Part shown: piece by piece, positions 42,705-53,100 of the stretch
Position numbering within the stretch: the first letter of the stretch is position 1
Layout: each line of letters begins with the position of its first letter
Assembly (NCBI GenBank): GCA_038231435.1
Contig: JBBRLJ010000028.1
Coordinates: 1-64,000, forward strand
Length of the DNA: 64,000 nucleotides
Origin: Planctomycetota bacterium
Lineage (GTDB): Bacteria > Planctomycetota > UBA11346
Direction of reading: 5' to 3'
Notes under the pieces: generated by a model
Databases searched by the model: none
What the model was told of the DNA's origin: nothing
Seen by the model: the letters and a program-made list of their open reading frames with translations, nothing else
Made by a program: the position numbers and the translations under genes

Positions 42705-43169
42705 ATGCAGTTCGACATCAGCCGCGACTTCCTCGATGGCATCATGCTCCAGCAACCCGTCGGCCGCGACGGCAAGGGCGAGATCCGCGCCGCCGGCCAG
42801 CTTCATTTCCTGCCCTCGAGCCCCGACGGCACCATGCACACCGCGGTGGTCGGCTTCGCCCTGATGCTCGGCGAGACCGACCAGCCTTTCGCGCGCGGCG
42901 GCTGGCGCTTCCTGTTCACCACCGACTCCGCCTTCGATCCGACCAAGGACCCCGAGAACAGCTTCTTCAACAACCTGCTGGTGCTGGGCTCGGGCAAGAT
43001 CATGGCCCAGCTCAACAACCTGTGCATGCACGCCAACCTACCGCTCATCCCCTTCGAGCCCGGCCGCATGGTCATGCAGAAGGCGCCGGCGCCCGGCAAT
43101 GGCAACGGCAACGGCAACGTGCCACCGAACGTCACCGGAAATCCCCCGGCCCAGGCCAAGAAGGCATGA
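42705..43169 (+). CDS. Hypothetical protein with GN-repeat tail
   Basis: AGGAG RBS, host-like codon usage. Confidence 0.7.
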   Translation: MQFDISRDFLDGIMLQQPVGRDGKGEIRAAGQLHFLPSSPDGTMHTAVVGFALMLGETDQPFARGGWRFLFTTDSAFDPTKDPENSFFNNLLVLGSGKIMAQLNNLCMHANLPLIPFEPGRMVMQKAPAPGNGNGNGNVPPNVTGNPPAQAKKA

Positions 43170-43200
43170 GCGGAACCACCGTCCCGGCATCGCGGTGACC

Positions 43201-44787
43201 GTGGATTCCACAGCGATCGCCTACCATCACGCGACCAAGTACGCTCCCGAGACCATCGGCAACCATCCGGGGCTCGATTGGGGCCGGCAGCCGGTGCCCT
43301 ACAAGGCCTACGACAGCCTCACGCCGATCGAACTCGCCTCGTACCTGCCCTTCGATCCGAATCCGTTCACCGGCAAGGCCCGCGCCGATGAGGGCGAGCC
43401 GCGCGATGGCGCGGTCGAACTGAACACCGTGAGCCGCTGGCTGTTCGCCAGCTACGGCATCACCGGCGTCATCCCCAACCAGCCGCGGCCCACCTACCTG
43501 CGCGCCGCGCCATCGGCCGGCGGACTGTATCCGGCCGAGGCCTACCTGGTGGTGCGCGACTGCGCGGGCTGCGAACCTGGCCTCTATGGCTACGACCCGC
43601 GCCGCCACCGCCTGGTGCCGCTGTGGGACGATCCCGACGTCGCCAAGCATCTCGCCGCAGCCTGCTTCGACGATGCGGCGATCGCCGCGGCCGGCGTGGC
43701 GCTGGTTGTCACCGGCGTCTTCGAGCGCAGCCGCTGGCGCTACGGCGAGCGCGCGTACCGGCGCATCCTGCTCGACAGCGGCCACCTGCTCGGCAACGCC
43801 TGCCTGATGGCGCCGGCGCTCGGGCTGCGCGCGAGCCTCACCGCCGCCTTCTGCGACGAGCGCCTCGACGAGCTGCTGCGCCTCGATCCGGATCAGGAAG
43901 GCGCGCTGGCGGTGGTCGGATTGAACGTGCGCGGCCCGGCCGAGCGCCCGCATTGGAGCGCGCTGCCGAGCGCGCGCGTCGCTCCGCCGGACCTCAGCGC
44001 GGCAACCGACGGGAACAGCGACGCGCCGCTCCTGCACGCCCTGCACGCCGCAGGCCGCCTGCCCTCTGAGCGCCCCCGCCTGATCCCGCGTGGCGAGGAG
44101 CTCTCCGAAGGACTCGAAGCCCGTTACGGTTGGACCGGTGGCACGACTATCGCCCCGGATTCCAGCGGTCAGGGCGGCGGCGTGCCCGGCGTGGCCTGGG
44201 ATGGCGGTGCGCTCGGCCGCGATCCGTTCCACGCCATCCTCCACCGCCGCAGCACGCGCCGCTTCCAGCGCGGCACCATGCGCCGCGAGCAGCTCGCGCG
44301 CGTGCTCGCCGCCGCGTACGCGCCCGAGACCCACGGACTCGGCGAACAACCCGCGATCGACCGCAACCACCTCATGACCTTCGTCGCCGTCGTCGATGTC
44401 GAAGGCCTCGACGCCGGCGTCTATTACCTCGCTCCCCACGGCCTCGAGCTGCGCCTGGTGCGCCCCGGCTGCTCGCGCGAGGCGCTGCAGTTCCTCTGCC
44501 TGGGCCAGGAACTCGGCGGCGACGCGACTGCGGTGGTCTTCCACACCGCCGATCTCGAGGAGACGGTGAAGCACCTCGGTGATCGCGCGTACCGGTATCT
44601 GCATCTCGATGCGGGCATGATCGGCGAACGGCTGGACCTCGCGGCCTTGGCCGAGGGATGCGGGGCGAGCGGGATCGGGGGATTCTTCGATGATCAGGTG
44701 ACGGATCTGCTGGGGATACCGAGGGAGCAGGCGGTGGTGTATGTCACGACGTTGGGGTTGCCGCAGGAGGCGGGGGGAGAGGAGTAG
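43201..44787 (+). CDS. SagB/ThcOx-family tandem nitroreductase-domain protein
   Basis: YHHATK, LRAAPSAGGLYPAE.Y, WRYGERAYR..LLDSGH, RRSTRRF, YRYLHLDAG, GIGGFFDD; start uncertain. Confidence 0.9.
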   Translation: MDSTAIAYHHATKYAPETIGNHPGLDWGRQPVPYKAYDSLTPIELASYLPFDPNPFTGKARADEGEPRDGAVELNTVSRWLFASYGITGVIPNQPRPTYLRAAPSAGGLYPAEAYLVVRDCAGCEPGLYGYDPRRHRLVPLWDDPDVAKHLAAACFDDAAIAAAGVALVVTGVFERSRWRYGERAYRRILLDSGHLLGNACLMAPALGLRASLTAAFCDERLDELLRLDPDQEGALAVVGLNVRGPAERPHWSALPSARVAPPDLSAATDGNSDAPLLHALHAAGRLPSERPRLIPRGEELSEGLEARYGWTGGTTIAPDSSGQGGGVPGVAWDGGALGRDPFHAILHRRSTRRFQRGTMRREQLARVLAAAYAPETHGLGEQPAIDRNHLMTFVAVVDVEGLDAGVYYLAPHGLELRLVRPGCSREALQFLCLGQELGGDATAVVFHTADLEETVKHLGDRAYRYLHLDAGMIGERLDLAALAEGCGASGIGGFFDDQVTDLLGIPREQAVVYVTTLGLPQEAGGEE

Positions 44788-44852
44788 GGAGGGGATAAGG
44801 GGAAGGAGCGGAGAGCGGAGAGCGGAGTTTACTACCGTTTCTCGCTTCACTC

Positions 44853-44956
44853 GATTGTCGCGATCGTCCAGGCTGGCAAGGTCGGCGGCCGGGGCGGCCT
44901 TGCCGCGGAGGAACCGCGGTGCCGGGGCGGCAACCTTGACAGCCTGGACGATCGCG
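44853..44956 (+). ncRNA. Conserved multibranch structured element, copy 1
   Basis: Stem 44859-44881/44934-44956 (22/23 complementary) enclosing three small hairpins; lies just before the AAGGAG RBS. Confidence 0.7.
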
Positions 44957-44980
44957 TGCCGGGGGTGAAGGAGAAACATC

Positions 44981-45334
44981 ATGAGCAGATTCGAACGACT
45001 TCTCATCTGGCAGCGGGCGCGCGAGGTGCGGATCCTGTTCCGCGACTGCACCGCCACCATGCGCGACGCAGTTCTCAAGGATCAGATCCGCCGCGCAGCG
45101 CTGTCGGTCATGGCGAACATCGCCGAAGGCAGCGAGCGCGCCACGAACGCCGATTTTCGCCGATTCCTGGCAATGGCGCACGGTTCGTGCGGCGAACTAC
45201 GCAGCCACCTGGTCGTAGCGCTGGATGACCACCTGGTCGATGACGCTTTCTATCTCCACCTCAACACCAAGCTCATCGAGCTCGGCAAGATGATCGCCGG
45301 CTTCATGAAGGCGCTCGCGCGAGGCGGCGGGTGA
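44981..45334 (+). CDS. Four helix bundle protein (23S rRNA IVS / bAvd-like family)
   Basis: FE.L.IWQ.A, L.DQIRRAA.SV.ANIAEG.ER, F.RFL..A.GS..E. Confidence 0.93.
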   Translation: MSRFERLLIWQRAREVRILFRDCTATMRDAVLKDQIRRAALSVMANIAEGSERATNADFRRFLAMAHGSCGELRSHLVVALDDHLVDDAFYLHLNTKLIELGKMIAGFMKALARGGG

Positions 45335-45396
45335 CCGCCGCCTCCTGCACTCCGCTGTCTCTCTCTTTCTGCTTTGAGCTGTCCGCTCCCCCTCTC

Positions 45397-45744
45397 TCAC
45401 CCACTCAAGCGGATGATGAACGCGCTGAGCATGCGCCGCACATAGTCGATGCGCTCGTCGAGCTGATCGAAAACGGACGTTTCCACATATCCCGCATTGC
45501 ATGCGATCGCCAGCTGCGCCTGCAGCTCGCCAGCCGAGCCACGGGCCATGGTCAAGAATCGTCGCAGCTCGGTGTCGCTCCTGTGCCCGGCGCCTTCCGC
45601 GATATTCGACGCGATCGATACCGCCGCGCGCCGCATCTGATCGCGCAGCCCGCACGCATCGCGCATCGATTCGGTGAGTTCGCGCACGGTGCGGACTACT
45701 GCGCGCGCTTCGTGCCACACTCTGAGTTCGTGGATCTTCGTCAT
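45397..45744 (-). CDS. Four helix bundle protein (second, convergent)
   Basis: L.VW..A, GLRDQMRRAAVSIASNIAEG, RFL.MARGS..EL. Confidence 0.93.
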   Translation of the reverse strand: MTKIHELRVWHEARAVVRTVRELTESMRDACGLRDQMRRAAVSIASNIAEGAGHRSDTELRRFLTMARGSAGELQAQLAIACNAGYVETSVFDQLDERIDYVRRMLSAFIIRLSG

Positions 45745-45767
45745 CTTCTGTCTCCTTGCGCACAACC

Positions 45768-45856
45768 CGCGATGGGCATCGGGGTCAAGGCTGGCCGCCC
45801 CGGCCACCGCGGTTCCTCCGCGGCATGGCCTTGACGCCGATGACGATCGCGACAAT
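45768..45856 (-). ncRNA. Conserved multibranch structured element, copy 2
   Basis: 24-bp stem (3 mismatches) enclosing CCGCGG-AGGAA-CCGCGG and GGCC-GGGGC-GGCC; lies upstream of the AAGGAG RBS. Confidence 0.7.
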
Positions 45857-45923
45857 GGGAGCTAGGAGACTGAGAATTGGGATAATCCGGAGATGGATGG
45901 ATCCGCATGCCGATCTACCGCGA

Positions 45924-46005
45924 TCCGACATCCGGGATCCGACGTCCGCTATCCGCCCTCCGCTGTCCGCTGTCCGCTGACAACTGACAACCGACAGCGG
46001 ACAGC
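45924..46005. repeat. 7-mer tandem array TCCGNNN x8, followed by partly inverted ACAACTG/ACAGCGG units
   Basis: Read directly from the sequence. Confidence 0.85.
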
Positions 46006-46008
46006 ATC

Positions 46009-46080
46009 GAAGGCGAGAAGGTAAGAAGGTAAGAAGGTAAGAAGGTAAGAAGGTAAGAAGGTAAGAAGGCGCGAAGGCCT
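46009..46080. repeat. 8-mer tandem array GAAGGTAA x6 perfect plus 3 degenerate units
   Basis: Perfect copies at 46017-46064. Confidence 0.95.
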
Positions 46081-46151
46081 GCCGGACTCCTACCGGGCGC
46101 TTGCCGCCCTCCCCTCTTCCCCCCGCCCCCTCTCCGCTACCCTCCCCTCCC

Positions 46152-46916
46152 ATGCTCTGCTACTCCTGGAACGTCAACGGCATCCGCTCGGTCGCGCGCA
46201 AGAATCTGCTGCCGTGGGTGGTCCTCCCCCGCGCCGATGTCATCTGCCTGCAAGAGACCAAGGCCCAGCAGCACATGCTGGAATCCTCGCTCGGCGAGCC
46301 CGATGGGTGGCATTCGCATTGGCATTCGGCGGTGAAACCCGGCTATTCCAGCGTGGCGATCATTTCGCGCGAGAAGCCCGACGAGGTCGTCAACGGCATC
46401 GGCGACGACACCTACGATTCGGAAGGGCGCGTGATCGCGGCGCGCTTCGGTACGCTGGTGGTCATCAGCGCCTATTTCCCGAACAGCCGCGACGGCGGCG
46501 CGCGCATCGACTACAAGCTTGGCTTTTGCGCGCAGATGGAGGGCGTCCTGCAGCATTGGCGCAATCGCGGCTGCGAGGTCGTCCTGCAGGGCGACTACAA
46601 CATCGCCCACAACCCGATCGATCTCGCGCGCCCGAAGGAGAACGAGAAGAACGCCGGCTACCTGCCGCAGGAGCGCGCGTGGCTGACGCGCTTCCTCGCG
46701 CTCGGCTACCGCGATGTCTTCCGCGAACGCAATCCCGACTTGGCGGGCGCCTATACATGGTGGACCAACTGGGCCGGCGCGCGGCAGCGCAACGTGGGGT
46801 GGCGCATCGATTACTCGACCGTGTCCCCAGGCCTCGCAGATCGCGTGAAGGACGTGCGGCACTACCCTGAAATCCTGGGCAGCGACCATTGCCCGGTCGC
46901 CATCGACGTGACCTGA
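46152..46916 (+). CDS. xth: Exodeoxyribonuclease III / AP endonuclease
   Basis: SWNVNGIR, CLQETK, EGRV, YFPN, GDYNIAH, YTWW, GWRIDY, GSDHCPV. Confidence 0.95.
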   Translation: MLCYSWNVNGIRSVARKNLLPWVVLPRADVICLQETKAQQHMLESSLGEPDGWHSHWHSAVKPGYSSVAIISREKPDEVVNGIGDDTYDSEGRVIAARFGTLVVISAYFPNSRDGGARIDYKLGFCAQMEGVLQHWRNRGCEVVLQGDYNIAHNPIDLARPKENEKNAGYLPQERAWLTRFLALGYRDVFRERNPDLAGAYTWWTNWAGARQRNVGWRIDYSTVSPGLADRVKDVRHYPEILGSDHCPVAIDVT

Positions 46917-46980
46917 CCCGAGGCAAAACCACAGAGCTTTCGGGCCTTCCAGCTTCTGGCCTTCGCGCCTCCCCGTGGTC

Positions 46981-49900
46981 CTACTCGCGCTCCCTGATCC
47001 TCGCCTCGATGAATAACATGATCACGTCGTCGCGGTTGAGATCGAGGCACGACCGGTAGTCAGCCAGGGCCTCCTCGGTCTCGCCACGGCAGTCGTGCTT
47101 GAGCGCGCGCGCGAATGGCAGCATTTGGCTCGCGATCACCGAGTACGGCTGGGCGAGGAAGCCCTTTTCATCGATGTCGCCGGCGATGTACGAGGCGAGG
47201 TACCACAGACGCTGACCGTAGACGTAGCGTTGGTGATCGATCACGGGACGCAGGCCGTTGGTGGCGTCGACGGTGCGCCCGAACAGCACCGGCATCATCA
47301 CCGGCAGCAGGTAATGGCTGAACATGGTCATGTCGTCGGTGTGGTCGGGCGGGATCTGGGCGAGGTGCTTGACCAGATCGGTGCCGGCGACCTCGTCGCC
47401 GTCGCGGATCAGGCACATGGCAACGCGATGGAGATCAGCCGGATCGAGCGGGCGGCGCGACAGGAGCTGGCGGTAGCGCCCCAAGGCGATCAGGGCGTCG
47501 CCCGGCTGGTCCGGATACTCCTCGAGCAGTTCCTGCCAGCGTTTCATCGCCTTCAAGGCCCGGTAGCGAGGAGCCAGCTGCTGCGGAGAGCGGTCGCCGT
47601 CATGCGGATTGGGGTACATCTTCAGCAGATCCTCGACGCGCCCGCAGTCGATCAGCGTGTCGGGGAGGCGGATGTCGGCCGGGAACTCCTTGATCAGCCG
47701 ATCGCAGTCCTTCTTCGCAATCAGGGTTTCGACGAGCTGCACCGGGTCGAGCCTCGGCCGCAGTTCGGCCCTGCCGCTCTCCTTGATCACCGCGTGCACC
47801 ACCGACTGCACGTACGGATGCTTGTCGATCACCTCCTGGAAGCGGCCCATGGCATAGAGGGCCGAGGCCGAAAAGAAGTCGTCGTAGCGGTACCATTCGT
47901 AGATGAGATCGGAGCGCCCGAGCATCCTCAGGACCGGGATGCATGCGGTAATGAACGGATTCAGGCGCAGCGAGACACCATAGGCGTCCGACAGCCGATG
48001 GAGCTCCCGCTGGACCACCGAGATGCGTTCGACGATGTCATCGGGAAAGGTGCGCGAGGTGAAATCCATCAGCGGCTTTGGCACCAGCACCTGCAGGTGC
48101 CGGCGCGCATAGTCGACCATGGTGCTGCGCAGGATGGGATGACCCTTGAAACGGGCCAGGTCCTCGCGCAGGCGCGAGGCCTCCGCCTCGTCGCCCTGGT
48201 CGGCGGCGGCGACGCTGCGCGCGTGCAAGGACAGCGGGATCGTCTCGTCGTCGGGGAATTGCCGCTCGAATTCCTTGAGCTCGGCGACTCCGGCCTGGGT
48301 ATCGCCCAGGCGCAACGCGCACACCGCGGCCTGGTAGCGCGCGCCGCCTTCGAGATCGGTTCCCGGATAGGCCTTGGCGATCTCGAGGAACTGCGCGCGC
48401 GCGTCTCCGAGCTTGCCGACCTGCATCAGCTTGTTGCCCACCGCCAGCGGTGAGATGCGTTGCGCGAGCGGCTGGATGAGCAGATGCAGGTTGCGGGCGG
48501 CGACGCAACTGCCGCCCGCATAGGTGTCGAGCCCGAAGCGCGTGGCGAGCGGCATCTCGTCGGATGCGAGAACCGGATAATCGATCAGCGTGCGGCCATC
48601 CATGATCAGCCGCAGGTGCTGGTGATTGCGCTCGAGCGTGAACTGGTAGTAGCGGCCAAGGGCGATGGGATGGCGCATCGCGCCCTCGGCGAGCAGGTTG
48701 TCATAGCCGCCGTGGGTGAGCAGCACGGTGGTGCTGCGGCCGCCACCGACGTGGAAGGTGAAGCCGGCTTCGCGATTCTCGCCGATGAAGCAGTTGAGGT
48801 CGCGGCCTTCGCGCACCGACATGTACTCCCATTCGACGCGGAAGTCGCCCGCAACCGGCTCGCGCCACACCAGGTCGACGTAGTCGGTGGTGCTGGTGAG
48901 GCGGACCGCCCCATCGACCACCGCCACGCGGGGATCGTCGTTGGGAATCTGCGCGAATGGCATCGGACCATCCGCCTTCTTGGCGAGGCGCGACCAGCGC
49001 AGATCGATCGCGGCCGGCGTCCCGGTGAAATCCTCGGCCGCGACCTCGACCCACAGCGCGCGTTCGCGTTCGCGTTCGCGCCACATCTCCCCGAACGCGA
49101 GCAACGCCGCGACAAGCGCAGCCGCGGTGGCCAGGAAGGCGCGCGGATTCGCGCGGTACCAGCGCAAGAGCATCTTCAGCGGGGGGTCGCGGTAGACGCT
49201 CACGCGCCTGCCGGCCTGGAAGGCGCGCAGATCCCCGAGGAGCTCCTCCACCGACAGGTAGCGGTTGTTCGGCGTGGCCGCCAACGCCTTGAGCGCGATG
49301 CGCAGGATCGCGGCCGGCACCGCGCGCCGCTCCTCTGCGGTCGGCAGGTCGATCTCGCCCGCTCGCTTCTTGATCCAGAAAGGCTCGGATTGGTCATGCC
49401 AGGTCGGCGGGCGCAGGAACAACGCGTGGAAGAGCGATGCGCCGACGCAGTAGACATCGCTGCTGGTGGTCGAGCCTTCGAGACGCGCCTGCTCCGGGCT
49501 CATGTACAGTGGTGTGCCGTAGAGCCGACGCCGGCTGTCGCCGATGCGCGTGGCGCTGCCCCAGTCCACCAGCAGCACCTCGCCGTAGGCACCGAGCATG
49601 ATGTTGTCGGGCTTCACGTCCTGATGGATCACGCCCTTGTGGTGAGCGAAGGCCAGGGCCTGGCAGACCGCGATGAAGACGTTGACGATGCCATTGGCCT
49701 CGGCCAGCTGCTCGGGCCGGTCGCCTTTCACCGCGCGCTCGATGCCCGCGCCCAGCGAGCTGCCCTCGATCTTCTTCATGCTGAAGTACGGGCGGCCCTG
49801 GTCGGTGACGTCGATGTCGTGGACCGGCAGCACGTTCGGGTGGGTCAGGGTGGCGGTGATGCGCGCTTCGTCGATGAAGTTGTCGATGTCCTCGTCGGCA

Positions 49901-50157
49901 TCGTGATCCTCGCCGAGCACCTTGATCGCCACTTCGCGATCGAGGCTGCGATCGGCGGCGATGTATACCTGGCCAGAAGCGCCGACACCGGCGACCCGGC
50001 GTATCTCGAAACGGTCGGCGGCCTCGGCCCGGCCGAGCCGCGAGCGCAGATCGGTTCCCGACAGATGCGGCGGGGCACCTTCCACCACGCGCGCGCGCGG
50101 ACGTGGTGCGTCGAGATCGACCGTGCGGCGCAGCTCGTCGGGATCCTGCGTGCTCAT
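46981..50157 (-). CDS. Membrane Ser/Thr kinase with beta-sandwich and TPR-like C-terminal region
   Basis: VAIK, HQDVKPDN, DWG, GTPLYMSPEQ; hydrophobic segment; helical repeats. Confidence 0.9.
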   Translation of the reverse strand: MSTQDPDELRRTVDLDAPRPRARVVEGAPPHLSGTDLRSRLGRAEAADRFEIRRVAGVGASGQVYIAADRSLDREVAIKVLGEDHDADEDIDNFIDEARITATLTHPNVLPVHDIDVTDQGRPYFSMKKIEGSSLGAGIERAVKGDRPEQLAEANGIVNVFIAVCQALAFAHHKGVIHQDVKPDNIMLGAYGEVLLVDWGSATRIGDSRRRLYGTPLYMSPEQARLEGSTTSSDVYCVGASLFHALFLRPPTWHDQSEPFWIKKRAGEIDLPTAEERRAVPAAILRIALKALAATPNNRYLSVEELLGDLRAFQAGRRVSVYRDPPLKMLLRWYRANPRAFLATAAALVAALLAFGEMWRERERERALWVEVAAEDFTGTPAAIDLRWSRLAKKADGPMPFAQIPNDDPRVAVVDGAVRLTSTTDYVDLVWREPVAGDFRVEWEYMSVREGRDLNCFIGENREAGFTFHVGGGRSTTVLLTHGGYDNLLAEGAMRHPIALGRYYQFTLERNHQHLRLIMDGRTLIDYPVLASDEMPLATRFGLDTYAGGSCVAARNLHLLIQPLAQRISPLAVGNKLMQVGKLGDARAQFLEIAKAYPGTDLEGGARYQAAVCALRLGDTQAGVAELKEFERQFPDDETIPLSLHARSVAAADQGDEAEASRLREDLARFKGHPILRSTMVDYARRHLQVLVPKPLMDFTSRTFPDDIVERISVVQRELHRLSDAYGVSLRLNPFITACIPVLRMLGRSDLIYEWYRYDDFFSASALYAMGRFQEVIDKHPYVQSVVHAVIKESGRAELRPRLDPVQLVETLIAKKDCDRLIKEFPADIRLPDTLIDCGRVEDLLKMYPNPHDGDRSPQQLAPRYRALKAMKRWQELLEEYPDQPGDALIALGRYRQLLSRRPLDPADLHRVAMCLIRDGDEVAGTDLVKHLAQIPPDHTDDMTMFSHYLLPVMMPVLFGRTVDATNGLRPVIDHQRYVYGQRLWYLASYIAGDIDEKGFLAQPYSVIASQMLPFARALKHDCRGETEEALADYRSCLDLNRDDVIMLFIEARIRERE

Positions 50158-53100
50158 GGCTGAATAGAAGCCGGCGCGAGCGCCGACAACCGCCACGCGA
50201 TGAATTCGTGGTATACGGCGGGGAAGCGCCCGCCCATGGACGCATTGGCGAGATCGTAGGCCGCTTTCGCCGCGGCGTCGTGGCCTAGGCAGTCCTCGCG
50301 CAGGGCGATGCCGAACTGGAGCAGCCAGCCCGTGTAATGCCGGCAGGGCTGGAGCGCGAACTGCCGTTCGTCGATGCGCCCCGTGACCAGCGCCGCGAGG
50401 TGCCAGACGCGCTGGTTGCACGACCAACGGTGGCGCTCGAGCACCGGCGCGAGCGCCTTGGCGGCTTCCGTGCCCGAGCGGCGCCCCAGCAGCATTGGCA
50501 TGAGCGGCTGGACCAGGAAATGCGGCATCCAATCGGTGGAATCGGCGTCCGGCTGGGCGTCCGCCAAGCGGGCGAGCAGGCCGCGGGCCTTGATCTCCTG
50601 GCCTTCGGCCAGCCACCTAAACGCGACCCGGTACATCGCGATCGCATCGCCGGGGACGCGGGCGACCAATTCGTCGTGGCGCCGCAGCCCGAGCATGGCG
50701 TCGATCTGGCAGCCGGCGTCGGGATACCGGTCGAGGATATCCTGGTAGGAGTGGCGCGCGGCGAGCACGCGGTAGCGCGGCGTCTGGAAGGCCTGGTTGC
50801 GCGTCGCGTCGTTCTCGGACTCGGCATGGCGCGCGAGGAACTCGTCGTATTTGCCCTCGGCCAGCAGCCGGTCATCGAGGTCGTAGTCCGGGAAGCGCGC
50901 ACGCAGCCTCGCCTGGTCCCCGAGCTCCACCAACGCGATGGGGATGCGCCAGCTGCCGTATGGATCGTCCGCCACCTCCTGGTATCGGCCCTGGAACAGC
51001 ATCGAATCCATACGCACGACCAGATCGTATGGAGCGCGCGCGATCGCCTCGTCGTATCGCCCCATCGCCATCAGTGCCCTGGCGCACACGCGATCGGAAT
51101 GGGGATAGTCGGCCAGCACCAGATCGGCGCGCCCGAGGCGGGTCAAGAGCGGCGCGGCCTTGTCCATGAACGGATCGTTGTGCAGCGGTATGCCGTAGGT
51201 GTCGGCCATGCGGCTCAGCTCGGCGTTGGTCGCGCTGATGCGTTCGATGGCGTCATCGGGGTAGTTGTGCCCGCCCACCTCGGTGGTTTCATGCCAGGCG
51301 ATCGACGGCAGACGGTCCGCCGCCATGTCGGTGAGCACCGCGTTGAGCACCGGGTGCCCCCGATACGTGCGCAACGCCGCGCGCAGCCGGTCGACGTCGG
51401 CGGCGGCGCCGGGTGGCGGCTCCTTCGACGAAGCCGCCGCGCGCGCGGCCAACAGGCGTTCATAGAGCGACACTGGGACCATTTCGTGTGCCGGGTGTTC
51501 CGCCTCGTATGCAAGCAACTGCGCCAGGCCCTGAGCCTTGTCGACCGAGCGCAGGGTGCTGAGCGCCCGCTCATAGCACGCCGACCCCGCCAGGACGGTT
51601 CCTGGGTACGAGCGCTCGATCTCGTGGTACTGCCGCACCGCTTCGTCGACCTTGCCGGCCTGGTACAGCCGGCGTCCCACCTCGAGCGGCGAGATGCGCT
51701 GCGGCAGCGGCCGATCGAAGACCCGCACATGCTCGATCGACTGGGCATTGCCCGCGTAGCAATCGAAGCCGAAGGTTGAGGTGGTCTCGGAATTGAACGC
51801 GTCGAAGTCCTGGTAGTCGAAGACCATCGCGCCGTCGATCGACATGCGCATGTGCCGACCGTCCTTCTCCATCACGTAATGGTACGGCTTGGCGATGACC
51901 AGCGGGTGGACGATGAAGCGCTGGTCCACGACCTTGAAGTACGCGCCCTTGGTCATCAGCGCGTAATGCGGATCGCCGTACGCGCCGACGTGGAAAGTGA
52001 AACCCTTCTCGCGGTCCGGTCCGATGAAGCAGTTCAGGTTCTGGTTGGCCCGCTCGCAGGTGTAATCCCATTCGACGCGGAAATCGCCATGCAGCTCCTC
52101 GCGCCATACCAGATCGACGTACTCGCGCTCGCTCGCCAGGTGCATGCGGCCGCCGGAGAGCGTCCAGCGCATTCCGGTCGACAGCGGAATCTCCGAGAAC
52201 GGCAGGCCGAAGGCGTCCGCGGATTTGGCCAGGCCGCGCCAGCGCGTCTCGAGTCCGGCCAGGGTGGCGTGCGCGAAATCCTCGTCTGCCACCGGCATCC
52301 AGCTCGAGCGCTCCTTGGACTTCTCCATCGCGAACACGCCGATCAGCGCGACGACCGCGCACGCACCCGCCGCCGCGATCCAGAACGGCTTGCGGTTGTG
52401 GCGATACCAGCGCGAGAGCAGCTGCCACGGCGAATCGCGATGCGCGCTGACCGCCAGCCCGGCCTGGAAAGCCTTCAAGTCGCGCAGCATCGCTTCGACG
52501 GACGAATATCGGGCAGACGGTTCCGGCACCATCGCCTTGAGCGCGATTCCCAGCAGCGGCGCCGGCACGCGCTTGCGCTCCTCCACGGTGGGCATGTCGA
52601 TCTCGCCACGGCGCTTGCGCGCCATCAACTCCTCGCCGCCATCCGCCCACGTTGGCAGGCGCCGCATCAGCGCGTGGAAGAGGCTCGCGCCGACGCAGTA
52701 CACGTCGCTCAGCGCGGACACGCCCTCGAGGCGCGCCTGCTCGGGACTCATGTACAGCGGCGTGCCGTAGAGCTTTGGCGGGGCTCCCTCGGTCGCACGG
52801 ATCGCGCTGCCCCAATCCACCAGCAGCACCTCGCCGAAATCGCCGAGCATGATGTTGTCCGGCTTCACATCCTGGTGCACGAAACCCCGGTGGTGCGCGT
52901 ACGACAACGCCTGGCAGACGCCGATGAAGACGCTGACCACCGCGTTCGGGGTCGCGAGCTGCTCGACCTGCTCGCCGAGCGAGTAGGCCTCGAGCGCGCG
53001 CCCGAGCGAGCGGCCCTCGATCTTCTTCATGCTGAAATACAGGCGGCCGTCGCGCGTGGCTTCGATGTCATAGACCGGAAGCACGTTCGGATGCTGGAGC

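Noticed and set aside
42705..44787. RiPP (azole) biosynthetic cluster
   Set aside because: There is no YcaO and no Cys/Ser/Thr-rich precursor; stand-alone SagB-like nitroreductases are common.
44981..45744. Diversity-generating retroelement or 23S rRNA intervening sequence
   Set aside because: No reverse transcriptase, TR/VR pair or rRNA sequence is visible in the window.
45924..46080. CRISPR array
   Set aside because: Units are 7-8 bp with no spacers, and no cas genes are present.
46067..46970. 13-bp inverted repeat (AGGCGCGAAGGCC) flanking xth as element ends
   Set aside because: It is short, GC-rich and part of the GAAGG repeat family; insufficient to call xth mobile.
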